This document shows positions 17,487-26,464 of a DNA stretch of 64,000 nucleotides, one piece after another; positions within the stretch are counted from its first letter, which is position 1; each line of letters opens with the position of its first letter. Made by a program: the position numbers and the translations under genes. The stretch lies in the NCBI GenBank assembly GCA_903830945.1, contig CAIKVT010000058.1:75487-139486 (forward strand), written 5' to 3'. The notes beneath the pieces are model-generated. The model ran no database searches. It was not told the DNA's origin and was given only the letters and a program-made list of their open reading frames with translations. The stretch comes from an uncultured Elusimicrobia bacterium (lineage in GTDB: Bacteria > Elusimicrobiota > Elusimicrobia > UBA1565 > UBA9628).

Positions 17487-17647
17487 CTTGATTTTTCATG
17501 CCTACAATAATATAGATTCGTGCGCAGGACGATGGTTGGGCCAAGTGGGCCTTTAACTGAAGAAAAATGGCCTATTCCAGACTGGAGCGATTGGCCCGTT
17601 CACCCAGCATCAGACATGCCGGCCGAGTCCTTTTGTAGAATTTCTCC

Positions 17648-20600
17648 GTGCCTACACTGGACCAAGCGGACCGTGACGCCGCGCGCAGCCGTCTCGATTG
17701 CAATGTCGTGGTCGTAGCTGGCGCCGGTACCGGCAAGACCACCCTCCTGACCGACCGGATCCTCTTCAACCTCCTGGGGCGCCAGAGCCCTCTGCCCATC
17801 ACCGCGCTGGTGGCTTTGACCTTCACCGAGAAAGCCGCGGGTGAGATCCGGCTGCGTTTGGCCGAGAGGCTTCTGGAGCTGGTGACGCTGTTAAGCCGCG
17901 GGTCTCTGGGGGAGAAGGCCCGCAAGCGGGCCGAGACTGTCCTTGAGGAGCTGCGCTCTCATTTCGGCAGGACCGATGGGGAAGTCCTGGAGCGCGCGCG
18001 CGCGGCTTTGGAGGACCTTGACAAGGCCCAGATCGGGACCATCCACGCCTTCGCGGCGCATCTCTTGCGACTCTATCCTCTGCAGGCCGGCATGGACCCC
18101 GGGTTCCGGGTCGACGAAGGCTCGCAGTTCGAGGAGCTCTTTGAGACCCGGTGGTCCCAGTGGCTCGACATGGAGTTGGGCGAAGAGGTCTGCGATGGCA
18201 GGAGAGAAGAGTGGCTTGCGGTTCTGCGTTGGGCGCCGCTTGAAGATCTAGAGGAGCTCGCGCGTGGGTTGGCCGGCGCGCCCGTGGACCTCGCTGGTGT
18301 CGGTCGGTCGGACCCGGAGGCGCCGCAGCGCCTGGCGGAACTGGCGCGGGTCTTGCGCCAGGCTCATCAGGGACAGCCTCCTAGCCGCGGCAAGATACTG
18401 GAGGCGCTCTCGGGTCTGGCAGGCCATCTGGAAAGGCTCTCCGAGGCCGCGGCTTGCGATGATCCGCCCTTGGCGCGGCCCCGGACCATGGAACTTCCCC
18501 AGTCTAAATGGCCCGCCGGCTGGGATGGCGCCTGCGCCCCGGCCTACGAGAGCGCTCAGAGGATTGCGGCCGATGCTTCGGCAGAGAGCGAGGCCTTGGT
18601 GCGCCGCGCCGGCCGTCTGGTGGCGCCCTTCGCCGAAGCCTTCCGCCGGAGTTACACGCGCGCGGGGCTGGTGTCTTTCGACGGGCTCCTGCTCAAGGCC
18701 CGGGATCTGGTCCGGGACGACCTTGCCGTGCGCGAGGAACTCAAGGCCAAGTACCAGACCTTCCTGATCGACGAGTTCCAGGACACGGATCCCCTGCAGG
18801 GCGAACTTCTGTTGTTTTTGGCTGAGGTGCGCGGAGGCCGCGCCCGGTGTTGGGATCAAGTGCGGCCCGGGCCGGGGCGCCTTTTCATCGTCGGCGACCC
18901 CAAGCAGTCCATCTACCGCTTCCGGGGCGCGGACATTGCGGCTTATCAGGGCATCACGGAGCATCTGCTCCGGGGCGGGGCGGCGCTCCTCTGCGAACTT
19001 AAGAATAATTTCCGCAGCACGGCCGGCGTCCTGGCCCCGGTCAATGCGATCTTTCCAAAGCTCATGCGCCGCAAGGAAGGTTCACAGCCCGACTATATCC
19101 CTATCTCCGCCAGTGTCGATACAGCAGAGTCCGGCCCTGCCGTTGAACTTGTTATGGTAGGGCCGGCGCGCGAGGGGGGTGAGGAGCCCGACGCCTTGAC
19201 CAGCCATAAGACGCAGGCCGGCTGGATCGCCGGTTGGATCGCCTCACAGTGTTCTGTTCCGGGAGGCCGGCGTTTCAAGGACGTGGCCGTGCTTATGCGA
19301 ACTTCCAGCGCCCTGGCCCCGCTGCTGGAGGCCTTCAAGGCTGCGGATGTTCCTTACGTCGTCGAGATGGAGAAGCTCTTCTACAACAGCCAGGAGGTCA
19401 TCGACTTGTTGAACCTTCTGCGCGTTCTCGATGACCCCGAGGACCGGCTTGCTCTGGCGGGCCTCCTGCGTTCTCCGTTCATGGGATTGGCCGATGAGGA
19501 TCTGCGCCTTTGGGCCGTCGCGGGCAAGCCAGGCTATCAGGAAGATCCACCGGCGTCTTGGCCTGCGGCTGAGAAGCGGCGTCTCAGCGGGCTCTTCGCG
19601 CTCTTGCGCGGCCTGCGTGGTCGCGTGGGCCGCGCGCCATTGGGCGAGCTCGTCTGCGCCGCTCTTGAAGAGACGCCCCTGCTCGTGGCTGCGGCCAGGG
19701 CTTATCACGGTCAGCAGAGCGTCTCCAATCTGCTTAAGTTCTCCCGCCTGGCGGCCGGGGCAGGCGACGAGCGGGGGCTGACCTTGAAGGAGTTCATCGC
19801 CCTGGTGGCTCGGGCCATGGACGAGTCTCGGGCCGAGGGCGAGAGCCCTCTGGCCGACGAGCACTTGGACGCCGTGCGGGTGCTCTCCATCCATAAGGCT
19901 AAGGGCTTGGAATTCTCGGCGGTGCTTGTCTATAACCTTTCGGGCGGCAGCGTCCACGGGGGCGGCGGCCAGGCCGTGCTGACTGATTGGCGCACGGGTC
20001 GAGCCGGCCTGAGTCTGCCGCGCTGCGGAATTTGCGACGCGGCGCGGGCGCTGCTGGAGGACCGGGAGCGGCAGCGCCGGCAAGACGAGACCGTGCGCTT
20101 GCTCTATGTGGCGCTCACGCGCGCCAAAGAGAAGCTGATCCTGTTGGGCGCGCAGAAGGCGGACGCGGGCACCTTGGCCCGGCTTCTGCGCGAGGCAGGG
20201 GCCTGGCCCGCGGCCGACGAGACGATCCTGACGCTCAGCGGCGCCGGCCCGCTGCCGGTGCATGTCATCCCGGCCGATTCGGGCGCGTCCCGTCCCGACC
20301 GGTTGGGCCTTTCAGGGCTTAAGTGCACGCATCTGTTGCCTGACGAAAAGACCTTGGCGCGAGTCCGGGCCGAGAGGCTGGGGCGGCGCGATGAGACAGC
20401 GGCGCGCAGCTGGATCCGGACTGCGACCGGGTATTTGCGGGAGGGCGGCCATGACAGCGCTCGGCAAGCCGGCCCCGCCGGTTTTGGGCTGGGTTCCTTG
20501 GTGGGACAGCTCTGCCATAAGGTCCTGGCGCTCTGGGATTTTGGCAAATCAGTCGACCCGGCTCAAGCCGTGGCCGCGGCCTGCCGCAGTCTGGCAGCCG

Positions 20601-20962
20601 CTCAGCCCGAGGCCGACTGGGCTGCGGCTCGCGGCGAGGCCGAGGACATCTTGAGAGTATTCTTGGGCTCACAGGCCGCCCGGGAGCTGGCTTCAGCCGA
20701 GATCCTGGGGCGGGAACTGCCCTTCGTCTACGGCGAAGGGGGGGCCGTTGTGCGGGGGACCATCGACCTGGTCTTTCGTAAGGACGGGCGCGTAGTGGTG
20801 GCTGATTTCAAGAGCGAAGCCGTGACTGTGCGGAGCCTGAGCGTGTCGCGCGAGAAGTACCGGCGCCAAGGCGAGGATTATCGCGCGGCCGTGGCGCGGG
20901 CCTGGGGGCTCGCGGACGTGGAATTCCGGCTGATCTTCTTGAGAAACCCGGACCTGGCCTGA
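17648..20962 (+). CDS. UvrD/Rep-family superfamily-1 helicase fused to a C-terminal PD-(D/E)xK RecB-like nuclease (AddA-like); no AddB partner nearby
   Basis: GTG start. Walker A AGAGTGKTT, motif II FLIDEFQDTDPLQ, motif VI VALTRAKEKLIL. C-terminal GTIDLVF...VVADFKSE nuclease motif. Confidence 0.85.
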   Translation: MPTLDQADRDAARSRLDCNVVVVAGAGTGKTTLLTDRILFNLLGRQSPLPITALVALTFTEKAAGEIRLRLAERLLELVTLLSRGSLGEKARKRAETVLEELRSHFGRTDGEVLERARAALEDLDKAQIGTIHAFAAHLLRLYPLQAGMDPGFRVDEGSQFEELFETRWSQWLDMELGEEVCDGRREEWLAVLRWAPLEDLEELARGLAGAPVDLAGVGRSDPEAPQRLAELARVLRQAHQGQPPSRGKILEALSGLAGHLERLSEAAACDDPPLARPRTMELPQSKWPAGWDGACAPAYESAQRIAADASAESEALVRRAGRLVAPFAEAFRRSYTRAGLVSFDGLLLKARDLVRDDLAVREELKAKYQTFLIDEFQDTDPLQGELLLFLAEVRGGRARCWDQVRPGPGRLFIVGDPKQSIYRFRGADIAAYQGITEHLLRGGAALLCELKNNFRSTAGVLAPVNAIFPKLMRRKEGSQPDYIPISASVDTAESGPAVELVMVGPAREGGEEPDALTSHKTQAGWIAGWIASQCSVPGGRRFKDVAVLMRTSSALAPLLEAFKAADVPYVVEMEKLFYNSQEVIDLLNLLRVLDDPEDRLALAGLLRSPFMGLADEDLRLWAVAGKPGYQEDPPASWPAAEKRRLSGLFALLRGLRGRVGRAPLGELVCAALEETPLLVAAARAYHGQQSVSNLLKFSRLAAGAGDERGLTLKEFIALVARAMDESRAEGESPLADEHLDAVRVLSIHKAKGLEFSAVLVYNLSGGSVHGGGGQAVLTDWRTGRAGLSLPRCGICDAARALLEDRERQRRQDETVRLLYVALTRAKEKLILLGAQKADAGTLARLLREAGAWPAADETILTLSGAGPLPVHVIPADSGASRPDRLGLSGLKCTHLLPDEKTLARVRAERLGRRDETAARSWIRTATGYLREGGHDSARQAGPAGFGLGSLVGQLCHKVLALWDFGKSVDPAQAVAAACRSLAAAQPEADWAAARGEAEDILRVFLGSQAARELASAEILGRELPFVYGEGGAVVRGTIDLVFRKDGRVVVADFKSEAVTVRSLSVSREKYRRQGEDYRAAVARAWGLADVEFRLIFLRNPDLA

Positions 20963-20975
20963 GCCTACCGCCTGC

Positions 20976-21845
20976 TTATTTGGTGTCCTGCAGGTTGAGG
21001 ATGAGACCTTGGCTCTGAGGCACAACCATGACCTTGAAGTCCTTTTTCTCCAGCATCTCGATGGTGCGCAGTTGCAGGTAGCTCTTGGCCGATGACAGGG
21101 CGTCGTTCTTGATCTTGATGGCCATGGCTTCCTGCTTGGCCTGCTCCACCTCGAACTGCTTGCGCTGGATGGCCTGCTGGGCCGCGACTTTCTCCTCGAT
21201 GGAGTGCTGGTAGGAGGGGGTCAGGTGTACGTCGCGCAGGAAGACACCGTCGCCGTCGAGGACGAAGAACCCGTCGTCGCTGAAGGACTTGGCGATGAGT
21301 TCTTTGATCTTATCCTGGACTTCGGTGCGCTTGGGGCCGTAGAGCTCAGGCGCGGTGTATTTGGCTGTCATGAGGCGCACGGCGTTGCGGATGATGGGCC
21401 GGATGACATGTTCCTCGCACCAGTCTTGGTCTCCTAGCTTGAGATAGACTTTGCCCGCGGTGTCCAAGGGGATGCGGTACCAGACCGTGATGTCGAGGCC
21501 CACGGCGTTGCCGTCCGCGGTCGGTGACCAGTTAGTGTCGGACTGGCCCTGGACCTGGCCCTCATCGGTCCTCATGGACATCGTGTAGTCTTTGCGACGG
21601 CAGTCATAGATGATCACGCTGTTGATGATCGGTACGCGCAGCTGCCAGCCTTGCTTGAGGGTGGTCGTGCTGACTTTGCCGGAGAGCTTATTGAAGAGCA
21701 CGCCTTCGTGTCCGGCCGGAATGAAGACCACGGCCGACCAGAGCAGGACGAGACCGGCTGCGACCAGAACGGCACTGAGCACGGTCCGTGCGTGCCGGGC
21801 CATCATCTCCCGCGGGTCCAAGTCGCCTTCTTCCCATTGTGCCAT
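20976..21845 (-). CDS. SPFH/band-7 (stomatin/prohibitin/HflKC-like) membrane protein
   Basis: N-terminal TM, band-7 core, C-terminal coiled-coil (EEKVAAQQAIQRKQFEVEQAKQEA). AGGAGG RBS. Confidence 0.8.
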   Translation of the reverse strand: MAQWEEGDLDPREMMARHARTVLSAVLVAAGLVLLWSAVVFIPAGHEGVLFNKLSGKVSTTTLKQGWQLRVPIINSVIIYDCRRKDYTMSMRTDEGQVQGQSDTNWSPTADGNAVGLDITVWYRIPLDTAGKVYLKLGDQDWCEEHVIRPIIRNAVRLMTAKYTAPELYGPKRTEVQDKIKELIAKSFSDDGFFVLDGDGVFLRDVHLTPSYQHSIEEKVAAQQAIQRKQFEVEQAKQEAMAIKIKNDALSSAKSYLQLRTIEMLEKKDFKVMVVPQSQGLILNLQDTK

Positions 21846-21967
21846 AGAGCCTCCTGAAAATAGTCCTGCTTACGGTATGGTACAAAAGAGGAATGGGGGA
21901 TGGGGGGCCGTTGACGTTTTTTCGAGGCCCCGGCTGGTCACGCAGCTTTTTGTGAAGTGGCGAATAT

Positions 21968-23821
21968 CTAGCGGAGGATGATGTCGATCCGGGCCTGGCG
22001 GGCCTGCGGGGCGTCCACGACCAGGATGTCATCGACGCAAGAGACCCGGACCGCACGATCTGTAGCCGTGCAGGAGCGCAGTGGGCCGCTGGCCTGGAAG
22101 GACAAAGCCGGACTGCCCGCGGGCAGGTCGAGGCTCAGGACGATCTCTTTGGCGCGCGGCCCCGGGGCGAAGGAGAAGCGCGTCTGCGAGCGGGCCAGCC
22201 AGAATCGCGCCGCAACCCGCATGGTCATCAGCGTGTACTCCCGGGGCAGGCTCGTCAGGACCTGGCGCAGCAGCTCGGTTTGTTCCGGCCGGCCGTCCGG
22301 CGTGAGGGACCAAACGATCCAGCCGTCGTGCTGGGTGATGAGGCGCGCCGTGTCGAGGAGGGCTGATGAGGTGAGGGGTGGTGCGGGCCGGCGGGGTTCC
22401 GCGAAGGTGATGGGCAGCTCGATTAGGTCCGTTTCGCGGGTCATGGCCCGCCAGGACACAAGCCGGAAAGGCAGATGGGTCATCATCCCGTTGGCTGATA
22501 GGCTCGAGTCGTAGGCGTAGCCCGTGCGGGTCAGGGCCCAGTCCAAAGCCGGCGGATAGCTGAAATCAGGGGAACGGAAGCCGGCCACGGCGCCCGAGGA
22601 GAGCGTGCCGTCGAGGATGGCCTTGCTGACCTTGAGTTCGCCGAGTAAAGAGGCGTTGCGTGTAAAGCCTCGGACGTCCACATTGGGCCGGTAGGCGCGC
22701 GGGTCTAAAGGCGCGGGGTTCAAGGGCAGGGATTCGAAATCCGGACTGCAGGCCACGGAATGGCTGCCGATCTCATGGCCGGTCCGCGCTAGCTGTAGGG
22801 CCAGTCCGCGCAGCCGGGCATCGAAGAATTGGCTGGAGGAATCACTGGCCGCGACGCTGGTCTGAAAGAACCATGTGGCCCTGACGAGGCGGGCGGATTC
22901 TAGGGCCGAGAACTCCTCGGCTTGGGACACGCTGGCGCCGGGACCGAAGGAGTGGCTTAAAAGGAAGACGCCGCGGGCCCGGCCCGGGGCCGTGCGCAGG
23001 CGCAGCCAGAAGGGTTGGGCAGCTTCGTACCAGGCTCGGAACATGAGCGGCCAGACGTCAGAGCCCGGCTCGAAGCCGTTGGTGACGCTGCGGTGGGCGT
23101 CGAAGTCCCGCCCGGATTGGGGCCGCACGAAGAGGTCGCGCAGCTGGACGCCGATGGTGTAGACGCGGCCCGCGCCCAGGCGGTGGAGCACCAGGGCGGG
23201 TTCTTTGGTGTTCGTGAAGCTCGCCAGGACCTGGGTATCGGAGCCTGGCGCCGGGAAGAGAGCCGCGCTCCAGGGCCCTTCCCGGACCCGGGACGAGGCC
23301 AGTGGGACCTCCAGCTCTTGGGGCTGGTCGAATAAGGCCGGCCCGGGATCGGTCTTGGCCTGTAAGGTGAGCCCGCGCCGGGCGCGGGAGGCTCGGCTGC
23401 GCACCAGGCCGGTGAGCTCCGGCCAGAGATCGGCGGACGGCATCTGGAGGATGAGGACGCCTCCGTCCGAGACGTACTGTCGCAATGCCTCCCGCCCGGT
23501 GGGCGGCAGGCGCGTGGAACGGTCGTCTAAAGGGATGAAGATCACGCGGTGACGCACCGCAGCCTGGGCGTCCCGGGTCACAGTGAATGGCAGGCCGGCC
23601 GCCTGCAGGACGCGGGCTGCCGCGAAGGCCTGTTGGCTTTGGCTCAGCATGAGCACCGCGACCTGCGCCGGCATGAGGTCAGGATGGTCCTTGATGAGTT
23701 CCTCGTTGGGGGAGGCCAGGGCGTCGGGCGGGACCTCTTGGGTGGAGTGGACGGGCCGGTTAAGCCGCCAGAGGCCCAGCAGGATGATGGACAGGACGAT
23801 GAAGAAGGTCAGTCTTCTCAT
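21968..23821 (-). CDS. secreted polysaccharide deacetylase-like protein (CE4-like core with N-terminal GATase1/ThuA-like domain), paralog of the 27718..29631 gene
   Basis: Signal peptide. HEIGSHS motif (CE4 motif 2-like). N-terminal region parallels the paralog (VIFIPLDD...GGVLILQMP vs VIAVFPDL...GGATLIAVNP). Confidence 0.6.
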   Translation of the reverse strand: MRRLTFFIVLSIILLGLWRLNRPVHSTQEVPPDALASPNEELIKDHPDLMPAQVAVLMLSQSQQAFAAARVLQAAGLPFTVTRDAQAAVRHRVIFIPLDDRSTRLPPTGREALRQYVSDGGVLILQMPSADLWPELTGLVRSRASRARRGLTLQAKTDPGPALFDQPQELEVPLASSRVREGPWSAALFPAPGSDTQVLASFTNTKEPALVLHRLGAGRVYTIGVQLRDLFVRPQSGRDFDAHRSVTNGFEPGSDVWPLMFRAWYEAAQPFWLRLRTAPGRARGVFLLSHSFGPGASVSQAEEFSALESARLVRATWFFQTSVAASDSSSQFFDARLRGLALQLARTGHEIGSHSVACSPDFESLPLNPAPLDPRAYRPNVDVRGFTRNASLLGELKVSKAILDGTLSSGAVAGFRSPDFSYPPALDWALTRTGYAYDSSLSANGMMTHLPFRLVSWRAMTRETDLIELPITFAEPRRPAPPLTSSALLDTARLITQHDGWIVWSLTPDGRPEQTELLRQVLTSLPREYTLMTMRVAARFWLARSQTRFSFAPGPRAKEIVLSLDLPAGSPALSFQASGPLRSCTATDRAVRVSCVDDILVVDAPQARQARIDIILR

Positions 23822-25206
23822 TTTCGTTGAGCCATGCCTCTGCGCTCCATGCGTCCCCAGGAGCCGATGTGGAAGACATAGTCCCAGGTGCCCAGGATGC
23901 GCAGGATCGAGGTGAGCTGTCGGTATCCGAAGTTCTCAAGGCAGGCATAGAGGGTCAGGGCGAGCCACTGCCGGTACTTCGGGTAGGGCCGCGGCGTCAT
24001 CTCGCCGAGCAGCACCCCGGTCAAAGACAGAACCATGCCGCAGAAGAAGGCGGCCGCAAAGAAGGCCAGGGCGAAATCCGTCGAGACGGCCCCGACCCAC
24101 CAGCTCCAGGCGAAGAGGACGTAGCCTAGCAGCTCGATGATCACTCCCCAGCCTTCGAAGAGGAGCAGGAAGGGGTAGGCGAACATCCCCAGCGCGCCGA
24201 AGCGGGGGTTGAGGAACATCTCGTCGTGCTGGCCCAGCACCTCTAGGCAGCCTTTCTGCCAGCGCCGGCGTTGGCGGCTGAGCACGGTGATGTTGGACGG
24301 GACTTCGGTCCAGCAGACCGGGTCGGGGATGAACTGGATGGCGTAGTCGGTGTCGCCCTGCAGGCGCATGTGGGAGTGGAGGCGGGTGACCAGGTCCATG
24401 TCTTCGCCCACTGTCCCGGGTCGGTAGCCGCCGATGGCTATGACCGGGTCCTTCTCGAAAGTGCCGAACGCCCCGGAGATGATCATGAGCGCGTTGAAGC
24501 GGGAGAAACCGGTGCGCCCGCACAGGAAGGCTCGAAAGTACTCGATGACCTGGAAGGCCACCAAGGGGTTGAGACTCATCACCACTTCGACGACGCGGCC
24601 CTTCTCCACGCGGCAGCCGTTGGCTACACGGATGATTCCGCCGACCGCGATGACGCGACGGTCCGACTCCATGATGGGCTGGATGACGCTCTGCAGGGCG
24701 TCCGGCTCCAGGATGACGTCGGCGTCGATGGAGCAGAAGTAGGGGTGCAGCGAGAAATTCAAGCCCGCGTTAAGGGCGTCGGATTTTCCGCCGTTCTCCT
24801 TATCCACCACGGTGAGGTTGTGATGTGTGCGGGACTTGTAGGCCTGGCGTACCAGCCGCGTGGGCAGGCTGCCGACGTCTTCGACTTCGGTGGGGTAGAG
24901 CTGGAAGGCATGCTCCAGCTCGGCGAAGGTCCGGTCTTGGGAGCCGTCGTTGACCACGATGACCTCGTAGCGCATGTAGTCGAGGTGCAGGAGATTGCTG
25001 ACGGTGAGCGCGATGCCGACTTCCTCGTTGTAGGCGGGCACGATGACCGAGATGGGCGGGGTCAGGGGGCTGCGGATGAGCTGCGCGTAGCCGCCGTAGT
25101 TGCGCCGCAGCAGGTGCCGGTACACGGCCTGGAAAGCGAGCAGGGATATGATCAGGTATACGCCGTTGAGGATGAGGAAGTAATAGACCATCACAACATC
25201 CGTCAT
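23818..25206 (-). CDS. family-2 glycosyltransferase, poly-beta-1,6-GlcNAc synthase (PgaC/IcaA)-like processive synthase
   Basis: ATG 25206 (MTDVVMVYY); alternative GTG at 25236 overlaps the upstream stop (GTGA). TM helices flank a GT2 core with VIVPAYNEE, NDGSQD, SIDADV (DxD) and RQRRRWQKG (QxxRW). The track N-terminal 148 aa (Arg/His/Pro-rich) is rejected. Confidence 0.8.
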   Translation of the reverse strand: MTDVVMVYYFLILNGVYLIISLLAFQAVYRHLLRRNYGGYAQLIRSPLTPPISVIVPAYNEEVGIALTVSNLLHLDYMRYEVIVVNDGSQDRTFAELEHAFQLYPTEVEDVGSLPTRLVRQAYKSRTHHNLTVVDKENGGKSDALNAGLNFSLHPYFCSIDADVILEPDALQSVIQPIMESDRRVIAVGGIIRVANGCRVEKGRVVEVVMSLNPLVAFQVIEYFRAFLCGRTGFSRFNALMIISGAFGTFEKDPVIAIGGYRPGTVGEDMDLVTRLHSHMRLQGDTDYAIQFIPDPVCWTEVPSNITVLSRQRRRWQKGCLEVLGQHDEMFLNPRFGALGMFAYPFLLLFEGWGVIIELLGYVLFAWSWWVGAVSTDFALAFFAAAFFCGMVLSLTGVLLGEMTPRPYPKYRQWLALTLYACLENFGYRQLTSILRILGTWDYVFHIGSWGRMERRGMAQRK

Positions 25207-25232
25207 GTAGAGCAGCGCCGGCGCGTATTCGT

Positions 25233-25991
25233 TCACGGCTTCTTCTCCCGGAGGGCGTCCGTTGCGGTCTCCTGGAGCAGCTCCTTCATGACGCGGGGTG
25301 GGAAGGCCAGGCGATGGCGGTCGATGAGTTCTTTGATCCGGGGCCCTGAGGCCGGCCCGAACTCCAGCATGAGGGAGGCTAGGCGCGGCAGCATGGCCGG
25401 GGAGAGCCGGTCCGCGGCCTTCACGAAATAGGGTAAAGTGGCGGGGTTGCCGATGGCGGCCAGGGCGCGCAGGGCCACGAGCTTCATGTCCATGGGCTCG
25501 CGATCGAGGATGGCGAGTATGCCTACCACGGCTTGAGGGGCGCGCATGACGCCCAGGACTTCCATGGCGGTGCCGCGGCGCAGCTTGGCGCGGGATTTGA
25601 GGCCGGCGAGGTTGCGCTCTACGAGTCCCAGCCGATGCGCCGCCGTACACAGGGTCACGAAGGGTGGGCCCTTGAGGTGGCGCATGTTGTCCACCATGAC
25701 CTCCTGGACTACGGATTCATCGCCCCAGCGCCGGGGCCGGAGAGCGGCGATCACGTCTTCCAGGGGTTCTTCCATGAGGACTTTCTCGATGGCGGGGTCG
25801 TAAAGCTTGCGGCGGCCGGCGCGATAGCGGGACTGGAAGTACTGGTAGGTCCGAAATAGGATGGTGAATACGAAGAGGGCGAAGGCGATCCAAAACAGGA
25901 CGATGCTGGTGGCTATGACGAAGTTGAAGCTGAGCCGGCCTTCCGTGGCCTTCAGGGACAGCTTGAGGAATTGCTCGTTCCACTTTTCCAT
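25233..25991 (-). CDS. membrane-anchored HEAT-repeat (PBS-lyase HEAT-like) protein
   Basis: N-terminal TM (IATSIVLFWIAFALFVFTILF) followed by repeated A-L-x-A-L-G-N-P type HEAT-like units. Confidence 0.55.
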   Translation of the reverse strand: MEKWNEQFLKLSLKATEGRLSFNFVIATSIVLFWIAFALFVFTILFRTYQYFQSRYRAGRRKLYDPAIEKVLMEEPLEDVIAALRPRRWGDESVVQEVMVDNMRHLKGPPFVTLCTAAHRLGLVERNLAGLKSRAKLRRGTAMEVLGVMRAPQAVVGILAILDREPMDMKLVALRALAAIGNPATLPYFVKAADRLSPAMLPRLASLMLEFGPASGPRIKELIDRHRLAFPPRVMKELLQETATDALREKKP

Positions 25992-25999
25992 GGGGATTC

Positions 26000-26359
26000 T
26001 CAGGGGCGCCTAATCAGGGGGGCGATGGCCGCTTCGAGCTGGGCGGCGTTGAAGGGTTTGATAAGGTAGGCGTCGCCCCCGGCCTGGCGCGCGAATCGCT
26101 CATCCTCGGCGTAAGCTTTGGCAGTTAAGAATACGATGGGGATCTTGACGCCGGCCTGGCGCAGATCGATGCAGGCTTCTATGCCGCTTTTGCCGGGCAT
26201 CATGATATCCATGAGGATGAGGTCGGGGAGGTGCTTCTGGACCAGAGGGACCGCGTCCACACCATCGTCGGCTAGGTGCACATCAAAGCCGCGTTTTTTA
26301 AAGAAGTATTTGAGTAAAATTTGGATGTTGGGGTTATCTTCGAAGATGCAGACTTTCAT
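26000..26359 (-). CDS. stand-alone response-regulator receiver (CheY-like) protein
   Basis: 119 aa. Acidic pocket DD...DLILMDIMMPG with phospho-acceptor Asp, T/K motifs (LTAK, IKPF). Confidence 0.8.
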   Translation of the reverse strand: MKVCIFEDNPNIQILLKYFFKKRGFDVHLADDGVDAVPLVQKHLPDLILMDIMMPGKSGIEACIDLRQAGVKIPIVFLTAKAYAEDERFARQAGGDAYLIKPFNAAQLEAAIAPLIRRP

Positions 26360-26464
26360 GGACGTTAGAGATTATATTTTTTTTCATAGTGAGCGGTCCA
26401 GGACCGAAAAAATGTAATATCGTTTTGACCTCCTGGTCGGGAGGGACCAATTCAGGACTGAAGA

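Noticed and set aside
23818-25650. 610-aa version of the GT2 synthase with Arg/His/Pro-rich 148-aa N-terminus
   Set aside because: The extension overlaps the HEAT-repeat gene on the same strand and has no protein-like composition. The true start is ATG 25206 (or the GTG at 25236 coupled to the upstream stop).
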